IMG/VR virus record: IMGVR_UViG_3300013902_000010
Location: 1-64,000 of that record
DNA: 64,000 nt
Origin: an uncultured virus (IMG/VR IMGVR_UViG_3300013902_000010)
Lineage: Duplodnaviria; Heunggongvirae; Uroviricota; Caudoviricetes
Reading direction: 5' to 3' (one strand)
In this document: positions 55,726-64,000 of the stretch, in pieces
Layout: every line of letters starts with the position of its first letter
Numbering within the stretch: position 1 is the stretch's first letter
Notes under the pieces: generated by a model
Told to the model about the DNA's origin: nothing
The model's database searches: none
The model's input: only the letters and a program-made list of their open reading frames with translations
Translations under genes and position numbers: made by a program

Positions 55726-58700
55726 TTATGATTTGCCCTTCATAAACTGATTGGCTTTCGTCATGCTATCATAGAGGTTGCCTCGTCCGTACATATCAAT
55801 CTTTGCGCTGATAGGTTGCGACAATCGCTCCAGGAGCGCATTGACGGCTTGCAGGAGGGCTGCATTGCTCGCCGCACTGCTGGCTAATAGGTCGCCAGCC
55901 GCTGACGCGTCAGGCGAAAGATTACCATTGCTTGCTTGCAAGCTTGCTGCAAGGGTATCGGCTACGTTGCCATTATCAAATGCCCTGCGTGCTGAGTTTC
56001 TCCCTGAATAGTTGCTGTCATAGTTGACGAGATCCTTCAACAGTTGAGGATCGTTCATCATCATGGCATGGGTGGTTTCTCGACCAATCACGATTTCGGG
56101 ACCCTTCTCTGCTACCAGGGATGGCTGTCCGTTGATGGTGGTGGCTGTAGGTTGCGACAACATCTGCACCCCACCCTGCTTAGGCGCATCGTCTTCTTTG
56201 GCCCAATATACCTCGCCGTTATCGGCGACGAAAGGCTTCAAGTCTTGAACGTTACCAGAATCATAGGTGAGCATACCTGTTACCAGCTTGGTGTTGGTGC
56301 TGCTCGTAGAAGACTTCTTCTTGCTACCGAATGCGGAGTTAAGTGCCCACTGCATCAAGCCAGTGAGGGTGCTCATTACTACTGCTGCGGCGATAGGACC
56401 AGCGATAGGGCCTAAGAACTGGAAACACTTACCGATGGCACCAGCAATAGAGAAAGTCATCTGTGTCTCTGCAAGGTCGGCATCGGCTTGCGCTTGCTCC
56501 TGGTTGCCTTGCTGCTTCAAGACGAACGTTTGGTTCATCAAGGCATCGGTGCCTTTGAGCATCGCCTGGTTAGCGATTTGAGACCCCTTGGTTTGCTCAT
56601 TGTTGCCATCTTCGGTAGTCTGAACAATGTCCTTCATACCCTTGGATGTCTCCTTAGAGCGATCCTTTGCGCCTTTCTTTACCTCCTTGGTGAGTTCTTG
56701 CTGGTGTTTCTTCTCTTTCTTGAGCTGCTTCTTCTGCTCTGTATCGGTATCGGTACCATCCTTGCCTTTCTTGCCGCCTCCGGTATTGAAGCCCATGTTC
56801 ATCACACCACCGATGATACTGCCACCGATGCCAGCTACGGCATCGGATAGGCTACCTCCTCCCGTGGCTGCATCGGCGATAGCTGTGCCCGTGGCATTCG
56901 CTGCACCAGTAAAGGCACCAGCGTTGTTAGATGGAGATGAATTGTTAGAAGGCTTCTTGCTTGGTGTATCAATACCAAAAGCTTCTTTATTGTAATCCTT
57001 AATAGTACCATCTGGGTTGCGCTTCTTCCACGCTCTCGGTGGCTCGCCATCTGCCAAGGAATTGCCATTCATATCTACGTATTCATTACCTACCAGGCGC
57101 ACCCACATTGGATTATCAGCGGTACCCAGATTGCGCCAGTCAGCATTGATGTAAGTATTTGCATTGGCCTCTGCATCCGCACGAGCCGCATCAATAGTAG
57201 GCTGCGCATTTTTCTTGCCTCGCTTGGCACCAGCATCATTGATGGCTTTCCACATCTGTGTGTTCACATCATTGAGAGCCATGTTGCCCCAACTCTCCAA
57301 CATGGATTTGAGGGCATTCTTGATAGCCTCTTGTGCGCCGCTCACGTCATTACGCATCTCGGCAAAAGCAGAGCCTACGGCTGCGCCAAAGTCCTTGATA
57401 GGTTGTACGAGTTCCTTCATCTGTGAGAGACGATTTTTCATCGAAGCAGCTACTTGGTTAGCATAGTTTAATTCCGCTTCCATACGAGACTTGTCTGCGT
57501 CTTGCAACAGACGTTTGTCTTTGGATGTCTTCTCGATAAAGGCATAGTAATCCTCGGCTGCTTGCAAGCGAAGTCTCATTAATTCTACCTCTGGGTCGGC
57601 GGTTAAGTCTGCGAGACCCAAGTTAGAAAGGAAATTTGTACGCTTTCCAAAGAGATTGATTTCGTTCTGCATTTTGCGAAGCTTCTCTTGGTTGGCAAGA
57701 TTCCGCTTGTTGGTAGCCCACATCTGGTCGGAAATCTTCTTCTGCTGGTCGTAGGTCTTCTTCTGAGCCTCCGTGTATTCATCCGAATATTGAATAAGCT
57801 TGTGATAGAAAACCTGCCAATCAGCCGCATTATCGCCCAAAACGCTCTGTATGCGAAGAGCCATGCCATCAGGATCATTACCAAAGAGCATCTGCATCAA
57901 CAAGTTTTGCCCTGCCTTGTTTGACACATCTACCTGGTATAGCTTGACGATTTCCTGGCGAGCCTTTTCGTACATGGCAATGATGTTAGACTTGCGCTTG
58001 TCGAAAGCCTTTTTGTCGATGGCTTCGGCGTTCGTAGGGTTGGCATACCCCATAGTGTTGAAATCGTCATACATATTTTGCTTGACAGCACCCATGTAAT
58101 CATTTTCCTGTGCTACCTTACGACGGGTTTCCAACTGCTGCGCTTCCAGCTTGATACGATTTTGCTCGTTCTGCGTCGCCTTGGCGAATATCTCGGCGGT
58201 GATAGAACCCATGGAGCGATTCAATCCCTTGCCGAGAGTTTCCATCTTTGCACGCAAAGCATCTACATTGTTGGCTGTGATACCATTCAAGAGATTCTTG
58301 GATAGATTGATACCTGTAGCATCTGTTTTTTCCACCAAGTCTTTATCCATCGTCTTCTTGAATTTCTCCCAAACATTCTTCTGTCCTGCGATAGCAAGAC
58401 GTACTTGAGTAAGAGCCTCTTCCATTCGCTTCTTGACAGGCTCGACGAATAAGTCTTGCTCGGTTTTATCCATACCAATAGAGACGGCATCGGCAAGCTT
58501 AGCATTAATTTGCCGCTCATAAAAGTTGCGCACATCATCCATGATAGCTTTCGCCTCGTCCTGCTTCTGCTTCAGTTCCTCACGCATAGACTTCAGACGC
58601 TCACGCTCCTCTTGCTTCTGCGCACGGATAGCGTCCTTGTCTGGAGCATCGTTTTCGAGAGTACCAGGCTCATCCTCTACCCAAGGAGTGTAGCCATCAA

Positions 58701-61700
58701 GATTAACAACTTGATTGAAGTAATCGTTGATTTCCTTATCCTTTGCAGTCTCACGCTTAGTTGCATTCTGATAGTGGATAAGTGAGGATAATAACTCCAA
58801 CTTACCACTGCCGGCTTTAACCGTTATTCGTTGCCCTCCGATCTGATGGTTTTTATCGTTGGTTATGTAAGAATAAACACCATTCTTCGTATTGAAGCGA
58901 AAACTCCCTTCTTTTGCACCGGTCTCCCCTGCCTCTATAATCTTTTGCCATATCCAACCTGCACCTGCACCCCTATTGAACATATCCATAACGTTCTTTT
59001 GGGTAAAGCCTCCAGCGAATAATCCTAGAGAATTGAGAGCTTTTTTTATGCGATTAGCCGCATTCAGACGATCCATCTGATAAGATGGCATTACGTTTTG
59101 TTTCGCCTCCTCCCGAAGTCGGTAATACGTAGCCCTCTGAATTTCCTGCGCTAACTCTGAATAGTGCTTCTTTAAGTCGCTCACGTTCTTAATTTCAATA
59201 CCAAGCTTAGAGATATACTGACGGAAATCTCGATTAAAGCGAGCTATTTGCGTATTACGCTCTGCTTGTGATACATTAAGGGCTTCGAGCGTGACCTTAT
59301 AAGAATGTAATTTTCGAGTAAGAGTATCTGTTTGAGACTGTGCTTCCTTCAACTTATCCTTCCAAGCATTAGCTTTTTGACGTGCTTCTTCCTCTGCTTT
59401 CGCGGCTTCTTCTGTTGCAGTTACGTAAGACCATATTGCACCAGCAACAGTCAAAACGATACTTGCGATTGCGCCAAAGATATTAGCTTTCATTGCAGTA
59501 TTAAGAGCACGTTGGGCTGTTACAGCCTCCGATATACCTTTCGCTAAACTCCCGAAGAAAGTCAACAAAGACCAGAGACCACGAGATACCGCAAAATTAA
59601 CGATAGCAGGAAGTAGTCCTACAAATATCTTAGCAGACACTATCAGAGTTTGTAATGCAGCATTCAATGTTCCCTTAAATAATGGACTCTGTGTCATCCA
59701 TGAGGACATTTCATACCAAGCTTCAGCTAACGACTTTACATTATTAACTCCTTCCGGATTCACAAATGCCTTTTCCCAAAGGTTGTTCGCTCTATCCAAG
59801 ATACCAGCCGCACTTTCCTGCTGCATCTTATACTCATTGGTTACGGCGGATGCTTCCTCGAATGCCTCCTTTGACTCATAAAGGTGGTCTTTCAGTACAT
59901 CTACGTTTTTCGACATCGTAACCATGGCGGTTACAAGTCGCTGACCGTCGGAGCCAAGGTCTTTAAAGATGCTACCCAGGGCATTCATATTACCCTTGTC
60001 GCGCATTTTTTCGAGTACCATCACGATAGCATCCATCGCATTGCCCGCTGCATACATCTGCTTGATGGTGCCCTGCTGAATACCCAAATCTTTTTCGATA
60101 AGGTTATGGTTCTTTTGCAAGGCTACAATAAATTTAGACATAGCAGTGGCACTTACTTCCGGCATCAAGAAAAGGGAGTCGGATGCAGAACCAAGGGCAA
60201 GCAACTGGTCTGTAGTAATACCTGCGGTACGAGATACACCCGTCAGTCGTTTGGCAAATTCTACGATATTGCCAGATGTGGCTGTAGATGTAGAGGACAG
60301 CTTGAACATGGCAGATCCAGTAGCAAGCATTGCCTTTTCGATACCCATCTTTGGAATGAGTCCCATCGTCTCCACCATCTTAGACAGTGCAGGCAAAGCT
60401 TCTTCGCCCATTTCCTCGCCAATGGCTACATTGATTTGGTCGGCTGCTGCCACAAACTGCTTCATACCAACTATGCCATACTTTCCCATACCAAGTTTCG
60501 CACCTTGGTAAGCAAGCTGGGCGAGTCCATCGACGGATGTACGAGTATCTATCTTAGCCAACTCGTTAGAGAGCTTGTTTACATCCTGCATCGTGAGTCC
60601 GGACACCTTACGAATATCGGTCAGAGAAGAAGAATAATCAAAATTCTTCTTGATGGCTGCGGTAACAGTGTCTTTTATTTTGTTGAATACGGAGAATAGA
60701 CCTACATACGCCGTAAGGTTCTTCGCTGCTGTTTGCCATGCACCGCCTTGCTTATTCGCCGCACCAGTAACATTATCAATCTCCTTTTTAAGTTCTTTGA
60801 GAGCCTTTTGCTTATCCTTAAAATCCTTATCGCCAGTCTCGATTTTGTTTAATTCGACTTGTAACTGCTGATAGGCTTTTTTAAGTTCGTCAATAGAGGC
60901 TTTTTTGTTTTTACTTCGGGCGATAACATCGTTTACATCAACTACATCATCCTCCACCTGCTTGATTTCTTTATCCAGGGCTTGAAGCTGCTGCTTTACT
61001 TGCTTGGCTCCATCAGAAGACGGGGCAAGTTTGCCAAGTTGCTTATTAAGTTCTGCGGATGCAGCTTTTAGATCATCGAGGGATGCGGTCTTCATATTGT
61101 CCAAAATCTCGTTGAGCTTCTGGGTGCTCATGGTAGCCTGTTCAGTGTTACCCTTTAAAGCTTTCAGTCGCTCATCAATCAAGCCAAGAGCTTCTTGTAT
61201 CTCTTTAATTTTTGAAGTATCGGCTATAGGAGTAACATCGAGTTGTTTTTGGAGATAGTTACGAGACCATTCCAAATCTTGCTTGGTTACATCATGAGGT
61301 GGTGCTTGCTCACCGAAATCTATCGTATTATTTCGGGCGATGATTTGCGCATTATTGTATGTATGGGCATAGCGCGTATTGGCCTGTACTTCCGCAGTAC
61401 GTGCCTTTACTGTTTCTATTTCATCTGCTACACGTTTCCATTCTTCAGTATAGGGCGCAAGGGATGCCTTCATTTTCTCCAGCCAAGAAAGCATCTCTTT
61501 TAAACTCTGTTCTGACTGTGCGTTTATATCCAACAAGCGTTCACTGACATCGCCACGAGTCAAGCCACTTTGAGCTTCCTTCACTTTGCCCGTCAAAGAC
61601 GCTAATCTACGCTCTGCATCTTCAATGTCTTGAGCGTATCTTTTCCATTCCTCACCGCCAACGTTTACTTGGGATTGTAGCAAACGGAGTGTGTTGATAG

Positions 61701-62646
61701 CCTCTCGCACCTCGCTCTCTGTGTTCTTATCCATAAAGGTGATAGTGCTTCGCGCTCTCTCTTCCGACATTGCCTGTTTCACCTCTTTCACCTTTCCTGC
61801 GAGTTTAGCAAGATTTTCTTCAGCCTGGGCTATCTCATCGCCAAGTTGCTTCCACTCGCTGCCACCCATATTAGCCTGTCCTTGCGCTTGCTTGAGCGTA
61901 TTGATGGCTGTTTGGATTTCGGTTTGGGAGTAGCCTTTCATCGTATTGGTCGATGAAAGAATCTGTCTTGATGATGCAAGCTGTTGTTTGAATTGAGCTT
62001 GCTGCTGCGCCTGGCGTTTGGCATCTGTTTCTGCACGAATACCTGCGTTACGTCGCTCCTGCTCGGCTTGCAACTGCTGCATCAGTTGCAATTCGTTTTT
62101 GTATTCCGAAGTGCCGCGTCTCGTAACATCTATCTTTTCTTGCTGCTGACGAATAGCCTTAGAAAGCCACTGGTTACTCTGATTGCTAAGGTCGGCCAAG
62201 CCTTCACGTATCTTGACATACTGCCCCTTTAAGATACGCACTTGGTCGCCCACAGTACGCATCATCTCACGTAAAGCATTAGCCTGTCCTAATTCTGCCT
62301 CACTCAATCCCTCAATCTGACGTTTGCCATCACCAAGAGCCTTGCGAAGGTTCTTGAGCGAAGTGTTGGCAAGATTATTGACCGCCGTTTGCAGACGCTC
62401 GCTTGCCTCGATGTCCTTCACCTGTGCAGTGGAAAGGAGGTCATACTGGGTCTTGCACTCCTTCAGATGGGTAAGAAGAGCCTTGTAGGGTTCGGTGTTC
62501 TTCGGACCCTCCCAATTCTTTATCTTATCTTGCGTGGCTTCCATCTCATCCTTGATCTTGGCAGCGGCATCGTGCAAGTTGTTGAGCACCTGCATCGGCT
62601 GCTTACCATTCAGGGTGATTATCGCCTCGGTTTTTTGTGTTGCCAT
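55726..62646 (-). CDS. Tail tape measure protein
   Basis: 2306 aa, mostly coiled coil. TP901-type core (LTDIRKVSGLT...IDTRTSVDGLAQLAYQGAKLG), hydrophobic segments, and C-terminal LVAEKGPEIVI. Confidence 0.93.
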   Translation of the reverse strand: MATQKTEAIITLNGKQPMQVLNNLHDAAAKIKDEMEATQDKIKNWEGPKNTEPYKALLTHLKECKTQYDLLSTAQVKDIEASERLQTAVNNLANTSLKNLRKALGDGKRQIEGLSEAELGQANALREMMRTVGDQVRILKGQYVKIREGLADLSNQSNQWLSKAIRQQQEKIDVTRRGTSEYKNELQLMQQLQAEQERRNAGIRAETDAKRQAQQQAQFKQQLASSRQILSSTNTMKGYSQTEIQTAINTLKQAQGQANMGGSEWKQLGDEIAQAEENLAKLAGKVKEVKQAMSEERARSTITFMDKNTESEVREAINTLRLLQSQVNVGGEEWKRYAQDIEDAERRLASLTGKVKEAQSGLTRGDVSERLLDINAQSEQSLKEMLSWLEKMKASLAPYTEEWKRVADEIETVKARTAEVQANTRYAHTYNNAQIIARNNTIDFGEQAPPHDVTKQDLEWSRNYLQKQLDVTPIADTSKIKEIQEALGLIDERLKALKGNTEQATMSTQKLNEILDNMKTASLDDLKAASAELNKQLGKLAPSSDGAKQVKQQLQALDKEIKQVEDDVVDVNDVIARSKNKKASIDELKKAYQQLQVELNKIETGDKDFKDKQKALKELKKEIDNVTGAANKQGGAWQTAAKNLTAYVGLFSVFNKIKDTVTAAIKKNFDYSSSLTDIRKVSGLTMQDVNKLSNELAKIDTRTSVDGLAQLAYQGAKLGMGKYGIVGMKQFVAAADQINVAIGEEMGEEALPALSKMVETMGLIPKMGIEKAMLATGSAMFKLSSTSTATSGNIVEFAKRLTGVSRTAGITTDQLLALGSASDSLFLMPEVSATAMSKFIVALQKNHNLIEKDLGIQQGTIKQMYAAGNAMDAIVMVLEKMRDKGNMNALGSIFKDLGSDGQRLVTAMVTMSKNVDVLKDHLYESKEAFEEASAVTNEYKMQQESAAGILDRANNLWEKAFVNPEGVNNVKSLAEAWYEMSSWMTQSPLFKGTLNAALQTLIVSAKIFVGLLPAIVNFAVSRGLWSLLTFFGSLAKGISEAVTAQRALNTAMKANIFGAIASIVLTVAGAIWSYVTATEEAAKAEEEARQKANAWKDKLKEAQSQTDTLTRKLHSYKVTLEALNVSQAERNTQIARFNRDFRQYISKLGIEIKNVSDLKKHYSELAQEIQRATYYRLREEAKQNVMPSYQMDRLNAANRIKKALNSLGLFAGGFTQKNVMDMFNRGAGAGWIWQKIIEAGETGAKEGSFRFNTKNGVYSYITNDKNHQIGGQRITVKAGSGKLELLSSLIHYQNATKRETAKDKEINDYFNQVVNLDGYTPWVEDEPGTLENDAPDKDAIRAQKQEERERLKSMREELKQKQDEAKAIMDDVRNFYERQINAKLADAVSIGMDKTEQDLFVEPVKKRMEEALTQVRLAIAGQKNVWEKFKKTMDKDLVEKTDATGINLSKNLLNGITANNVDALRAKMETLGKGLNRSMGSITAEIFAKATQNEQNRIKLEAQQLETRRKVAQENDYMGAVKQNMYDDFNTMGYANPTNAEAIDKKAFDKRKSNIIAMYEKARQEIVKLYQVDVSNKAGQNLLMQMLFGNDPDGMALRIQSVLGDNAADWQVFYHKLIQYSDEYTEAQKKTYDQQKKISDQMWATNKRNLANQEKLRKMQNEINLFGKRTNFLSNLGLADLTADPEVELMRLRLQAAEDYYAFIEKTSKDKRLLQDADKSRMEAELNYANQVAASMKNRLSQMKELVQPIKDFGAAVGSAFAEMRNDVSGAQEAIKNALKSMLESWGNMALNDVNTQMWKAINDAGAKRGKKNAQPTIDAARADAEANANTYINADWRNLGTADNPMWVRLVGNEYVDMNGNSLADGEPPRAWKKRNPDGTIKDYNKEAFGIDTPSKKPSNNSSPSNNAGAFTGAANATGTAIADAATGGGSLSDAVAGIGGSIIGGVMNMGFNTGGGKKGKDGTDTDTEQKKQLKKEKKHQQELTKEVKKGAKDRSKETSKGMKDIVQTTEDGNNEQTKGSQIANQAMLKGTDALMNQTFVLKQQGNQEQAQADADLAETQMTFSIAGAIGKCFQFLGPIAGPIAAAVVMSTLTGLMQWALNSAFGSKKKSSTSSTNTKLVTGMLTYDSGNVQDLKPFVADNGEVYWAKEDDAPKQGGVQMLSQPTATTINGQPSLVAEKGPEIVIGRETTHAMMMNDPQLLKDLVNYDSNYSGRNSARRAFDNGNVADTLAASLQASNGNLSPDASAAGDLLASSAASNAALLQAVNALLERLSQPISAKIDMYGRGNLYDSMTKANQFMKGKS

Positions 62647-62730
62647 TTCTGTTAATGTTTAATGTTTAGTGTTTTGTGTTTTTGTTGCGCAATCGCTTGT
62701 TGGAGATGAGTGAGCGATGGGAAATGGAAA

Positions 62731-63285
62731 CTACTCGGTAGATGTTTCCAGTGCATTCATTATCTGCAACAAGCCTTGGTAGCCGTAGTAATCGGCAAGA
62801 TGATTCTCGTATCGCTGCTTTAGTCGGCGCACCGTTCGCATGATGGCAGGACGATGAGACTTACCCGCCCTACGATTCCACTTGCTGATATATCGGCTAT
62901 TGAACTTGGCTCGTTTCGAGCGGTCCACCTTGTCGGCTGTGATATGAGCGGCTGGGTCTTTTGGATCTCCCGTTAAACCTACACCAATATCCACATATCG
63001 CAGATAGTCATTGTAGCGAATACCTACCATCAGCTCGCCCGATTCTTCGTCTGCCTGATATATGTGTCCCTCGAAAGATTTCGCTCCCTCACCAGTAGAA
63101 TACCACATACCATGATCCTTGCGATATTGATTGATTTTCTCGTAGCCTGGATAGACTTCAACCGGATAAACCTTTTGGGTCATTAACGCTACCTCAATAT
63201 CCATGATGGCTTGTTTTAGATACAAGCCTGCCACTTGCCTTAGCGGAGCAAAGGGTGATTTGATAGGAGTTGTTCTGATAGGCAT
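62731..63285 (-). CDS. Putative tail completion / neck protein
   Basis: 184 aa, basic, with STG...SF and YLRYVDIGVG. Directly upstream of the tape measure gene. Confidence 0.6.
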   Translation of the reverse strand: MPIRTTPIKSPFAPLRQVAGLYLKQAIMDIEVALMTQKVYPVEVYPGYEKINQYRKDHGMWYSTGEGAKSFEGHIYQADEESGELMVGIRYNDYLRYVDIGVGLTGDPKDPAAHITADKVDRSKRAKFNSRYISKWNRRAGKSHRPAIMRTVRRLKQRYENHLADYYGYQGLLQIMNALETSTE

Positions 63286-63288
63286 GGC

Positions 63289-63939
63289 TTATCCCTCCTT
63301 TCCGCTTTCGGTTGTCGCTCCATCACCCGATGAAGGGTTGTCGGTATCGTCTTTTTCGGATGGTGCAGGAATATTATACTTCTGTTCCTTCTCGCACTGA
63401 AAACTATAGAGCGGACGAATGGTCTGCCAATAGCAATCTGCCAATAGCCATGACGGGCCACGGAAGAGTGGATTTACACCGTAGGCAAAACTCTCGATGT
63501 CGATGGCGGATAGCTCCATGCCCAACTTAGGTTCTTCCTGCTTGAAGTTTTCTCCCGTGATAGGACAGATACCTGTACGTCGCAACTGGGTAAGATAAGA
63601 GGCGAGGTCTTCGCAATATTCCATCAGGTCGTCGGATGCCTGCTGCAACTTGCTGCCATCGTATCTGCCCAAGGTGGTGGATGAATCTTTGAGTTTGGTA
63701 AGGAAACAAACTTGATAAGTTACCAAGGCTTGTTTATCTGATTTCAACTCGCCAGAGTTTACTACTCGATAGAGCATACAAGGAGAGTGAATGATGTTGG
63801 CATTGCGAGAGAAAATGTTTTCTTCGTCGATGTCACGTATCTTGAAGAAACTCTTCTCTTCCAGTTTCTTGCTCAATGGGTCGTGAGACAAGGGCTTGTA
63901 GATTTCTGCCCAGTGCTCCAAAACGTCTGATATTGTCAT
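63289..63939 (-). CDS. Putative tail terminator-like protein
   Basis: 216-aa acidic ORF within the tail gene cluster. Confidence 0.55.
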   Translation of the reverse strand: MTISDVLEHWAEIYKPLSHDPLSKKLEEKSFFKIRDIDEENIFSRNANIIHSPCMLYRVVNSGELKSDKQALVTYQVCFLTKLKDSSTTLGRYDGSKLQQASDDLMEYCEDLASYLTQLRRTGICPITGENFKQEEPKLGMELSAIDIESFAYGVNPLFRGPSWLLADCYWQTIRPLYSFQCEKEQKYNIPAPSEKDDTDNPSSGDGATTESGKEG

Positions 63940-64000
63940 AATTCAATGGATTATTAACACATTATTAACTTATTCCGTACCGAAATTAAGGGTTGTTGGT

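Larger units (their letters stand above)
1..64000 (-). mobile_element. Segment of a Bacteroidota (probably Prevotella-like) siphovirus-type phage or prophage
   Basis: Portal-like, major capsid, S49 protease, tail tube, tape measure, tail fibre, lysin, primase and antirepressor genes are nearly all on one strand. TAnnTTTG promoter boxes recur. No host housekeeping context, and no ends or att sites in the window. Confidence 0.95.

Noticed and set aside
1..64000. Second DGR target elsewhere in the window
   Set aside because: No further copy of the TR sequence was found by eye. A diverged or out-of-window VR cannot be excluded without alignment.
1..64000. Stop-codon reassignment, as in some gut Bacteroidota phages
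   Set aside because: Long ORFs are intact under the standard code, and TAG, TAA and TGA all end genes at sensible boundaries.
1..64000. tRNA, rRNA, integrase, terminase, att sites
   Set aside because: None recognised in the window, so lifestyle and genome ends cannot be determined here.

Overview
The whole window is part of a long-tailed (siphovirus-like) Bacteroidota phage or prophage. The host is probably Prevotella-like, judged from repeated TAnnTTTG promoter boxes and the gene families present. Almost all genes are on the minus strand. In transcription order (right to left) the window holds: tail-completion genes and a 2306-aa tape measure protein; an iteron-rich probable origin; primase, guanylate-kinase-like, ThyX and MazG genes; S49 protease/scaffold, major capsid and tail tube; a block of early hypothetical genes; a LysR regulator followed by a five-gene cysteine-rich module; a GH108 lysin, portal and head-tail genes; a baseplate-type gene; a ketosynthase plus acyl carrier protein pair; tail proteins; a 1975-aa receptor-binding protein targeted by a complete diversity-generating retroelement (DGR); a second lysis-type cassette; a surface lipoprotein; an antirepressor; and an HTH regulator. 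In the DGR, VR 8719-8827 and TR 7849-7957 differ at 11 positions, all at TR adenines. Terminase, integrase and att sites are not visible. The leading candidates for undescribed systems are the LysR-linked Cys-rich operon and the KS/ACP pair inside the tail operon. Further signals read from the DNA include a four-copy late promoter motif with fixed 21-nt spacing, a probable -1 frameshift extending the tail tube protein, a gene broken at a G10 tract, and two candidate structured RNAs. Family assignments come from motif recognition by eye; no database search was run.
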